Shown: one piece after another, positions 52,784 to 64,000 of the stretch
Layout of the letters: each line of letters begins with the position of its first letter
How positions within the stretch are numbered: position 1 is the stretch's first letter
NCBI GenBank assembly: GCA_951406725.2
Contig: OX597814.1
Span: 77,624,001-77,688,000, forward strand
Direction of reading: 5' to 3'
Origin: Octopus vulgaris
Taxonomy: Eukaryota
DNA: 64,000 bases
Program-made: the position numbers and the translations under genes
The notes under the pieces: model-generated
Database searches by the model: none
Told to the model about the DNA's origin: nothing
Seen by the model: the letters and a program-made list of their open reading frames with translations, nothing else

Positions 52784-52971
52784 CTTTTGGTGTGAATGCT
52801 TTTGTTATACGGCACCGTATTTTACAATTCTGTAAATAATAATAATGGAAAATAATATCACTGTGCAATGACTAAGGAAAATAGTCTAATAATGGGGCAT
52901 ATAAGCCCTTGACAGAAAAAAGAAGGCTTTCCTATCTGCACGAGACATAAGCTTTAAGCTTATATAAAGAT

Positions 52972-53027
<56 letters not shown>

Positions 53028-53389
53028 TACACATACATATATGCATGTATTTACATTTGTGTCTGAGTGTATCTGTAATATGCATTTGTTCATACAAATT
53101 GAGTAAATAGATTGTATAGTGAAAATTTACCACTTTCTTCCTTTTTATTCTGAAGTGCATCGTGGAGTTCTTTATCAAGACTTTCCTGTAAACAGCAATT
53201 GTTTAATAAGAAAATGTAAGAGCAGTAAAATATATTTCAATGTTAATTTCTTATATAAACATGAAAGTTAAGATGTGTAGTAGTAGTGGTGGTGGTGTTG
53301 GTAATGATTTATTTTATTTGTCATGAGGGTGATGAATATGAGATCATTATGAAGACAAATTACAAAAACAATATGTCTTTCCATGAATC

Positions 53390-54400
53390 AATTGCACAAA
53401 AACTCCCCAGAAAAAAAAGTATAAAATAAAAATGAAACGAAACTTCTCAGTAGGAGATAGCTACCAGACACCAAACAAGGATCCCACACAACCTGGACTA
53501 CTCTGACTATCAAGAGCAAATACCCTCTCCTGGCTGTGCTTTGTAACCTATAGGTACATGCTGAGAGTGGGTACATGCAGTCAATAGACCTGTTCTTTTG
53601 GGCTAGATTTTACTATTTTCACTTGCCCTTCAGCTAATTTCCTTGAACAAACCATTTCCCTCATCATTTTCACCTCCCTCTTTTGGTGAAATTTTAAAAA
53701 GCCCCAAAGTTTATATCTTCTAATCTTTTCAATCTTGTCTATATTCAATCTTTTTTGTCACAATAACCAGACAGGAAAACTTCCAACTCTTCCTGGCTTA
53801 AGAAAAGTGACATGAGGATCCTCATTATGGGTTAACAGATATCCAGATCTGTCCTTCAGCAAAACTTTGCATGCATCTTGGATGGCTCAGCTGATGATGC
53901 TTTTGACATGTAGAATGAAATAATTCTTTTGTGGAATGGTGAATATTGAAGAAGATAAAGCTATGAACAATCACATGTTATTACTAGGTTGAAAACCCTT
54001 TGGATAGAAAAGCTTATATGATGCCCATGGGACATGAGACCACATCTTCTGTGGAAGTTACCATAATCTTTGGGCTGGAACTCCTCTGTAATAAGCTGTT
54101 TAGTTTATCTTTCTTAAGTCCTGTGTCTTTCCAAAAGTGTCCTTCTTCTGCCTACTTCTAATCCTCTGTAGACTACAAAGTTTTATGCACCACCAGATGT
54201 ATTACCCAACTGATAAGGAACTGTGAGTATTGGATAATATTTCAGATGTTAGCCACTCAATGTTGATCTTTGCTTGATTCAGAACTGCTGCTCCCACAAA
54301 GAGAAAGCTTCAAGGAAATTTACTTCACAAATAGTGACTACATCTCACTGGTCAGGAATCTCAGCAGATACCAAATATCTCAACATGTCAACACATCATC
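53390..54400 (-). mobile_element. Very decayed LINE 3' region (possibly L1/Tx1-like)
   Basis: Non-microsatellite, stop-riddled coding-like sequence with FFKFHQKREVK-like remnant; weak recognition only. Confidence 0.25.
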
Positions 54401-56566
54401 ATTCACAAGTTGGTAGCAGAAAGTGGATGAAAAAACAGGCACCGATAATATTTAATAATAATTATTGACAATAATACTGTTAGATCTTCAAAGTTACTAC
54501 ATGTTTGAACTCACTATCTTTGATGGCTCCACAAACACACACACCTCAAAGTGGCTTCATACATAGACATCTCAAAAGTAAATATACAGATATCTCAAAG
54601 CATCATTTTTGAAAGATTTATTTCTAGAAATTAAATAATATCATTTGGTGCACTTAATACTTAATCTAGTATTTAGTAGGCATGCTTTATGCAGTTTATA
54701 ATGATTTAATCCCTTTGGGAATCATACTAACAAATAGCGTCCATGCAGATAACACAGAATAATGAGAGGTGTCTATTTACTTTTGAGGTCTCTGTTTAGG
54801 GAACATTGCCAAAATGACATCACCAAGACTTGGATTCCATTTTCGTTCCAAGTAACACTCCAGTCCTAGCCAGTTATCAAACATCTACAAACCTAAAGTG
54901 AAACTCACATTGGTGTACTATCTGAGGCAGTGCTGTTACTACACACATAAGGAAAAGGAAGCAATGCAAATGATTGAGAAAGAGGCATCAACGACTGACC
55001 CCTAGGCATGCATTTTCTTCTTACAGTCTCATCTATTGTTAGCAGCCTCTACTTTTCTGCATTAGTTTACTATTTTGAACTCTTTCCATATCAGCTTACT
55101 GGTATTAAAGCTGAACATCAATTGTAACAATCTTATTAGTGTCAGAAGGCATGCAAAAGTTATAGGTACTACATTATCTCATGAATATCTAATAAGAAAA
55201 ATAATAATGAAAAGCAATGTTCCTATTCTATTTTTTTACCACAAAATATATGATGTGAAAATTTAATATTATGACATAGTTATTCAATATAAACATTTAG
55301 TATTGTATGAGAAATATTTAATATAAAAATTTTATATATTTCAAAGCCATGTGGTAAATATTTTGGCATTTATTTATTTATCTATTTTAAACTGCAATTA
55401 GTAAACAATAGCAGTACTGCTTACCAAGCCGGTTATTTCATTGTATTTCATTGTTCATTGCATTTCTATGGTAAAAGTGACAGCGCATCACTAAAACTTA
55501 ATTCAATACAAATATCACAAGCAACTTATTAAAGAGCAGCAAGTTTTCAATTTTCTTGCTTATGCTTACATTATTTGCTGATGTATAACATCAAAAGATA
55601 TTCCTTCACACACACACTTGCATGATAGGATTCTGCACAGTTTGCTTCTCAACTTCCACTCACAAGGCACTGTTGGTAGAAGACAATCACAGGGTCAAAG
55701 CTGGGTCAAAGTGGTTGTGAAGTAAACTTCTTAATCACACTGCATGACACAGTAACCATTAAGTTGCTTTCTTTTAGTAAAGACATTCTTCAGTTGCAGT
55801 GAAAATATTTGCAATGTAAATGGACAATATTCTTTTATTCTTTTACTTGTTTCAGTCATTAGACTGTGGCCATACTGGGGCGCCAGCTTCAAGAATTTTA
55901 GTCGAATGACTTGACACCTGGTTTTTCAAAAAAATTTTTTAAGCCTGGTATTTCTATCAGTCTCTTTTGCTGAACTGCTGAGGGGATGTAAACACACCAG
56001 CCCCGGTTGTCAAGCGGTGGTGGGGGCAAACACAATACACTCACACATACACACACACATATATATTCTTTAATTTGTTTCAGTCATTTGGCTGTGGCCA
56101 TGCTGGAGCACCACCTTTAGTTGAACAAATCAACCCCAGGATTTATTCCTTGCTAGCCTAGTACTTATTCTATTGGTCTCTTTTGCTGAACCACTAAGTC
56201 ATGGGGATGTAAGCACACCAACATTGGTTTTCAAGCAATAGTGGGGGAAACAAACACAGACACACAAAACATATACACTCATATATATATATATATATAT
56301 ATATGACAGGCTTCTTTCAGTTTCCATCTACCAAATCCACTCACAAAGCTTTGGTCGGCCCAAGCCTATAGTAGAAGACACTTGCCCAAGGTGCTCCTCA
56401 GTGGGACTGAAACCAGAACCATGTGTTTCATAAGCAAGTTACTTACCAAACAGCCACTCCTGTGCATATATATATATAGTGAGAATTTACAAAAAAACAA
56501 AAGATGAAGATGGGTGTGTAAACAACAAACAGATGTATTAGTTTAACACTTGGGAAGTGAGAAAGT

Positions 56567-56602
56567 CTTTTACGGTTTGAGTCTATGCTCTTTGACAGAA
56601 AG
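56567..56602 (-). ncRNA. Degenerate minimal hammerhead-like motif in a pLTR-like repeat (~56478-56640)
   Basis: Minus strand CTTT-CTGTCAA-A-GAGC atag ACTC-AAACC-GTA-AAAG; paralogue of 42174-42209. Confidence 0.45.
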
Positions 56603-59039
56603 GAACACAGAAATAAACAGGGAAAGAAAATATAAAAGGCTTGGTGGCTAGCGATCTATCATGGCGAATATACAATGGGCTTCTTTCAGTTTCTGTCTAC
56701 CAAATTCACTCACAAGGCTTTGGTTGGCCTGAAGCTATAGTAGAAGACACTTGTTCAAGGTGCCACCCAGTGAAACTGAACTTAGAACCATGTGGTTGGG
56801 AAGCAAGCTTCTTACCACACAGCTATGTCTATGCCTATTACAACCATACCTGTGCCTATGTTCATATTGTAGAAATAAAGAAACTTTAAGTTTAGTATTT
56901 TCTGATGATTTTGTTAACTGAAATTAATCTTACACAAAGACTGCTAAAAGTAAGAAGAAATAGTAGTGCTTTGAAGATTATAGTGATGAGAGACCAGAAT
57001 AGTAAAATAAACAAGAAATCAAAAAATAGCAATAAAATGAAATGTTATATTGAATATCAAACCTTAAAAGCCAGAAACTGATTAATACAGGCTCTCTGAA
57101 GTATTTCCACAGTGATAAAAATTAAAAGAACCTAGGATGAGAAAAATATAGATATAAAGATTTATTATAATATAAAGCAAAATGAAAAAGCATAATTGAA
57201 AATTAGTATCTTATAAAAGGTGAAGTTATGCAGATAGAACAATAAATATTGATAATAACAATAACAAAGATATATCAAATATTCAATTCATTGTGATATT
57301 TTGAGTTAAAACTTTTTTACAAGGGCTTTAAAGAATGCAAGAAACATAAATTATGTATCTGTTCTGTTGACATAGCAAATCCTTGTGTGTGATATTTGAA
57401 TTATCATGTATGTAAAGATGTAGAAATTTGGTGCTGTGGATTGTGTTCCATGGTCTGTCAGGTCAAGGTGACACATGTATGAGATGCAATTGGGTCAAAT
57501 CAACACTCTTCTTAAAAGAATAATATTTTAAAAAATCACAAGCATCCTTAGGGCCCAGATTTAATTTTGGGGTTCTCTAACATTAATGGGAGAGAAATTT
57601 GGCTACTTTTTCTGGAAGGATCAGTGTCTATGTACTGGTCTTTCATTAGCCTACTGAGGGGCAGCTTTTTCTCCATTGGAGGAATTGAATTTAACCCTGG
57701 GAACCAATGAAATTCTTTTAGTTTCCACATTGCTTACAATGGTATTACCTGCTCCATCTGCTCACATTTCATTATCAGTGACCAGACAAACTTTCAACTT
57801 CTTTGCTGGTCAACTGGTTTACTTACTGATTTATCTAGAATCCTAGAAGATTAAATTCATCCGTCAGTACTTATCTTTATTATATCATCAATGCTCAGAC
57901 ATTAAATTGTAGTTATGTGAAGATCTGCATAATAGAAACATAATGAGGTAAAACACAATAGAGATTTTCCAAACCAGCATGTATTCAATTGAAAAACACA
58001 ATAACTTTTCAAGCTGAAGAATTTTACATTTTGCTATATCATATTTATACATATGGGTAGCACTTCTTATTGAGTTTCACTCAACTCTGATGTAAGAGTT
58101 GAACTTAATATCTTAGAAAAGTTGAAGAAAGTTAAATTAATCTGCCATGCCTTAAGGCACATTACAAATTCCACATTTTAACAAAATTTTAATAATCCAA
58201 CATTTATATATTGCTAGTATTTAATACAATCAAATAAAAAAACAAATTATGTAAATCAAATAAAACTAATTAATTGGCTACAAACATTGTTAGAGGCAAT
58301 TTGAAAGTCTCTAATTTGTAAATAGTTACTTTAATGTGGGGATAAGAGTGAACTTTTAGTGTGAAATTTAATGTTAGCAAGAAATAAAAACAATGAAAAA
58401 AATATGTTGAGCGTCATGGGATTTGAGCTCAGAATATAGAAATGAAAAGAGAAAATAAATACTGTAAGACACATAGTAAGATGCCTACTACATCTACCAG
58501 TTTGTTGCCATTTCAATTATAAGAATTTCTTACACAGGTATATATATGGCTATGTAGAAAAGATCAGTTGAACCAAAATCAGTATTTTACATATTTGTTG
58601 GCCGTGGGATATAAAAAGCAAAATCAACATGAACAGAATTTGAACATAGAAAACATGAAACCAAATTCTACTGCAAAGCATTTCATATAAAACTTTACAA
58701 TTCCTACCAATATGCTACTTTTATATAGGAATAAGCTCATTTGTTGAAATAGAATTTGTCAAATTACTGTCAGTAAATTGCTTGTGGTTACAATATTGAG
58801 TTGTGAAGAAATAAAATATAGAGTCAACCTTAGTCAAATGATACAGAGGAAAGTAAATTCTGTTATAATGTAATTTAGTGCAGTGATTTACTGTTTCAAG
58901 GATTCTCTCACCCTTTCTTCTAGGAGTACAAAATGTTTGGCATGAGTTGGATTTGAACTTATGTAGCCAATAGTTCAGTATTTTAACTTCATAACTATCA
59001 TAATTAATTTGGATCAATATAATTAACTGTGTGGGGACA

Positions 59040-60247
59040 GCATGTTAAAAAATAGATACAAAGTTTCCTCAACAAACGTAAAAATGTACCCACATCAACT
59101 GAACCCCAGCATGCAACTTCCAAAACCACACCATGTGCCCTCTAGAAGGATCTTGTCTCTCAAGGGTCATAGTATATAGAGCCACCCTTACATCAGCTGA
59201 TGGCATTACTAGGCACTATACAGGTATGACAGCTAATGACTTCAAGAGAAGATACTCCCAGCATATGCACTCATTCAGATCCAGGGACAGAGAGAACTCT
59301 ACTTCCCTGTCTTGTTTTCTCTGGATACACTGTGATCTCCGAGATGAAATACCCAGCATCAAGTAGATTATTATCAACAGAGCACCACCATGTTCACCTG
59401 GCACCCCTAACTGCCAGCTCTGCCTCCACGGAAAGCTGCATATCCTCCAAAAACCCACAGTAACCATCAACAAGAAATATGATCTATTGTATTGCTGTCA
59501 CCAGAGATATGCCCTTCTGGCAAATTACAGGCTTCTGACTGCCACTAATCCGGATATACTACCTTAGCACCACTGCTACTCTGCACTGCCTGCACCAAGG
59601 TCACCACTGCAAACCAACCCTATGAGCAGGAGCACCATTTACCAATCCCCAATGTTTACCAACCCCCAACACACACCAATACTTGTTCTGTGCATGTATA
59701 CATGTGTACGCATGTGTGCGAGTGCACATGCACACTGGTATGTATGCATACATGTATGTGGATATACACATGTACATATGAATGAATATGCATGAGTATA
59801 CATGTGTGCATATGCGTGTGTGCATGCTCATACAAGCATGCGTGTGGTGCAGACATGCATGTGCACACCCATGCACATACTTGCATCAATATACACATGC
59901 TATATACTATGAGTGCATCTGCACACCCACATATAGAACTATATACTTGCACATGATGCCCTTCCTACTTCCCCTCCAACAGCCTGACTGATTTCTAATC
60001 ACCCCCATGTACTATTTCCCGTCCTCCATGTGGTGAATTTCCTGTTTACTATGCGGTATTTTCCAACTAACTGTTACCCATATACTCCAACATCAAGCCA
60101 CAACATTGCGTGACCTTCCTCAACCAATCACAGCCCACCTTACGGTAATAACAATCAACTTCTGTCATTCAAATTCAAAATGGCTGACTAGCATCACACT
60201 TGAAACTCAAGAGTACTAACAAATTTGAATCAAACTGTTTTGATCCA
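59040..60247 (+). mobile_element. Penelope-like element 3' fragment (GIY-YIG and pLTR)
   Basis: CPLEGSCLSRVIVYRATL...HYTGMTANDFKRRYSQHMHSFR...TSLSCFLW...NCQLCL..K; hammerhead-like motif at 60181-60218; ends at (TA)n. Confidence 0.85.
60181..60218 (+). ncRNA. Degenerate minimal hammerhead motif
   Basis: TGG-CTGACTA-gcatcacactt-GAAAC-TCAAGA-GTA-CTA; stem III ACTC/GAGT as in 52604-52649. Confidence 0.55.
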
Positions 60248-61082
60248 TATATATATATATGTATATGTGAAGCCACATGGCTTAGTGATTAGGATATTCA
60301 ATTCACAATCATAGGGTGGTGAGTTTGATTCCTGGCGTCATGTTATGTCCTTCAGCAGCACACTTTATTTCACATTGCTCCAGTTCACTCAGCTGGCAAA
60401 AATGAGTTGTACTTGTTTTTCAAAGAGCCAGCCTTGTCACACTCTGTGTCATGCTGAATCTCACTGAGAACTACGTAAAGGGTACACGTGTCTGTGGAGT
60501 GCTCAACCATATGCATGTTAATTTCATGAGCACATGTTCTGTTGATAGGATCAACTGGAACCCTTTTCATCATAACCAATGGAGTGCCAGTTTATAGATC
60601 GCTATTTCTATTTATTTATTCATTTCATTGCCATCATCCTTTAAGTCCATTGTCCATGATGGTATATGTTGTACAGTTTAATCAGAGCTGGAAAGCTGCA
60701 GCAGGTTCCAATCTAATTTAGCTTTCTGCAGCTGGATGCCCTGCCTAACACCAACTGCTTTAAAAGGTGTGCTGGGTGCTTCAAATGTGGCACTGGCACA
60801 AGTGTTATCATGTGACACCAACAAGAGTGCTTTTTACGTGGCACTGATACAGGAATCTTGCAGGTCAATCTTCTTCACTGGGGGAAGCAGCCATAACACT
60901 TCTGCTGTGAAGGTTTATTTTAATTATGTATATGTAAATTAGTATATTCAAATAAGCAAAGATATTGATCACAGATCCATTTGTTTCTAAAAGCTGTGTT
61001 CTCATGACAAGGTTATATGGTCGGATTTGCATAAAACTGATTGAGTAGATAATATAAAGGAGTATCAAGAGTAATTGTATTA

Positions 61083-61570
61083 CAGTAATTCCTCGCCATA
61101 TCGTGGTTCACCTATTGCACCCTCAGTACATCATGGATTTTTCTGGATAATATATGTAAATTTATATCACGAACTCCTCAGTATATTGCAGCTTTCTGCA
61201 GTTGATAGGCATTTATATTTTTTTAGATTAAAATTATTTCTGTGATAAAATAAGCATTTTCATGCCAAAAAATTAATAAACTAATAAATAGAAATACATA
61301 ACACATTAATTAAAATATATTAAAAGAAAATACGTAGTTTACTGTAGATGAGTAAACTAAGAATTGCACATACTGTATGGAAAGCAAAACTCGGAAGGCA
61401 GGTGTGTGGTGCTGTTTCGCATTTATAATAGAATAAATAGATACAAATTATAAAAATAATAAAAAAAATATATACAGTACAGTACTGTTTCTACTTCACA
61501 GATTTTCACCTATTGTGTGTGTGGGGGGAGGGGTTGGAACGTAACACTTGTGATAGTTGAGAGATTACTG
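61083..61570. mobile_element. pogo/Tigger-type MITE
   Basis: TA-CAGTAATTCCTCGCCATATC ... GATAGTTGAGAGATTACTG-TA. Confidence 0.7.
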
Positions 61571-61723
61571 TAATTGTGCACAAATTAACATCTGTGGTTG
61601 TACATCAATTAATATAGTATTCATGGAATCTTCTTTGTGCTTGATTGATATACACACGCGTGTGTGCTTGTATTTGTGTGTGTCAGTGTGAATGCATGTT
61701 TTGGTGTGTGTGTGTGTGTGTGT

Positions 61724-61763
<40 letters not shown>

Positions 61764-63205
61764 CTCCTTTCAAAGTTGTGTAATTGTTACTGAAAATCAT
61801 TGGCTGTGCTAAAAAAATATATAGTTGGATTTATATATATAGCTGTATGCAGTTATAGGTATTAGCAAGTGCTTAATAAGTTTGCTTTGCAATCATGAAA
61901 CCTTAAGTTTGGTTGCTTGTAGTGTCTTTTACCATAGCCTGAAATTGACCTAAGCCTTTAGAGTGAAATTGGATAGATGGAAACTCTGAAAGCCTGTTGG
62001 ATATATTAGCCATGTTGTGCTTTGTGTTATGCTGATTTTACATGAGGGTGTGCTAAGAGTATACGGCAGTTGACTTCAACTCCATTTTCTGATCACATGT
62101 AAACCATGAGTTTATCATGCATGCAGACCTTAATTTCAACCAATCAGAGCTTGTTGTTCACTTGATAAGTTCCAAAATTTTCTTTCTGTGATGGCCTTAC
62201 AAAACAGACACTTTTAGCACAAAAATTCAAAGGAAATTGGGATCACGTTCATTATGATCTGCTGTGAATTCTTTTCTCATATCTGCTTTCACAGCTTCAT
62301 ACTAAAACCAGCATGATTTTGCTATTCACAGCTCTATCCCAACCCGGAGATGGATGAAGAATCAATAGTCATACATTTTTGAAGCGATGTGAAAGATCAG
62401 CTTAATCGTCAGTTATCTGTTGAAGACCTTCAGCACCTGTAAAATATGATGCTCATGTAAGATTGACTCTGTATTTTCATGAAACCTTGTTGTATATGAA
62501 CTGACACCAAATCTTTGTTATAACTAATGCTACAAGTACATGTGTTTGTGAAATACTCATCTATTAAATCAGATATGGGCAATATTTTTTATGAAGCTGG
62601 TTATGTGAGATATGGCTATCATCAGATAGGCTGCACTAATAAAATGATTCAAGGTAATTTTTTGTTAGGTATGCCATTCAAAACGTTCTGCAGGCCATAG
62701 TTTGTCCATGACTGTACTAAATCATGCTAATTCATTAAGTAGGTATCTCTGTCAGTCAAACAAATGAAGTGCTCACTATAGAAACCAATGGAGGATGCCA
62801 TTCACTACATAGGTGCGTCTTTTACTGCAAATAGTTGTATGCAATACCAAGCAGGGTGCTGTTTGCTTACATATGGTTGTATGCAAATATCTGTGAATTG
62901 TAATACTTTCAGTAGTAATATGAGAACCAAGTTTAACATCTGTTATTAAAAAAATATTAAGATAACATTTGTGGCAGTGTACAGAATTAGTTGCAAACTG
63001 CTTACTCAGTGTAATGCTAATTATATTGATTATTTTATATTGATTATTTTTCTCTTTTCTTTTTTTTTTTTTTGACAGCAAGTAAATTAGCTTTTATTGT
63101 TGTTCTACTTCAGGCCAATCCTGATTTAAAAAAAAATCAACAAAAACAAATACTCTTTGATCAAAGATATTCCAATGGTAACTAACTGATCTTTTTGTAT
63201 ATTAA

Positions 63206-63425
63206 CCTTTTCGTTACAGTATTTATTTTGAGATGCTCTGTGTTTCTTTCAATTACTTTAAATATAACAAAGAGTTTAGTAAAATAACTTAGTTATCACT
63301 CAGCTAGTGTTAGGAACATAAATTGTGGCTAAGGTTTGGTGGAAGATTTTAATTCGAAACTTATGAAAACAAGACATTTGTACTCAGAGCCAGAGCTAGT
63401 TTCAGCAGGGTTGGTATCAAAAGGG
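63206..63425. mobile_element. piggyBac-type MITE inserted into another repeat
   Basis: TTAA-CCTTTTCGTTAC ... GTATCAAAAGGG-TTAA; homologous to 13599-13805. Confidence 0.75.
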
Positions 63426-64000
63426 TTAAGGACTACATCTAATACATCCATTGAAAAAAAAAAAAATTTAGGATGTGATTTGAAGAAAATCTTGCAGCTG
63501 TTTTTAGCAGATTAAAAGGTTGAGTCATATTACCGCCCTCAAAAGACCAAGTTAAAAAAGGCTTGTCATCATCTAAAATATTTTTATAAAGGCACAAGCC
63601 CATAAAAGAAAATTAAATCAGCCTTTAAAGCAAACAAATCATACAGTTAGTGAATAATTGATAGTTACATAACACTGGTCAACAAAATTGAATGCATTAT
63701 ACTCTTTATGAATGCAAACCAACTTTTTAGACTAACTTTTCATGCTGATTTAAAAATTTCACTCCATTATTATGCAGCACATATCAGTTTTTCAGTAGAT
63801 ACATGCATATATTTACATATTTGTATATATGAAATCATTAACATAATAAATAAGGACATATTATTTTTAGAAAGTAAATGGGTTTATTGAGTTAGAAATC
63901 ATCACTATCATTCTACAAAAGAGTGAATACACAAAAAACAAAGTTAGAACAACAGAGTTAGAAACATTATCATTTGGATTTCCTGTGGTGTTCCTGATCT

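Noticed and set aside
62200-62440. Splice-acceptor-like sites with complex sequence
   Set aside because: All frames close quickly on both strands; cannot be supported as coding.

Overview
AT-rich, microsatellite-dense eukaryotic DNA. It is most likely from an octopus: a nuclear copy of mitochondrial nad5 reads in the invertebrate mitochondrial code and resembles cephalopod ND5, and the SINE/RTE content fits. Nearly all long ORFs in the track are transposon remnants or microsatellite artefacts. Supported features are a near-complete Tc1 element, a decayed DD37D (maT) element, a 5'-truncated RTE LINE, a non-coding LTR element with a tRNA-Trp primer site, three Penelope-like (PLE) remnants with GIY-YIG endonuclease, RLE-LINE, other LINE, Tigger and Helitron fragments, hAT/piggyBac/pogo MITEs and several SINE families. 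A few candidate minus-strand exons suggest the window may be intronic to an unidentified host gene. The main hidden signal is about 13 type I hammerhead ribozyme motifs from about 9 different repeat families. Some have intact cores and sit in small non-coding elements with long inverted arms. One PLE GIY-YIG nuclease is split by a ~135-aa in-frame Asn/Ser-rich insert. All calls were made by eye with no database searches, and most boundaries are approximate.
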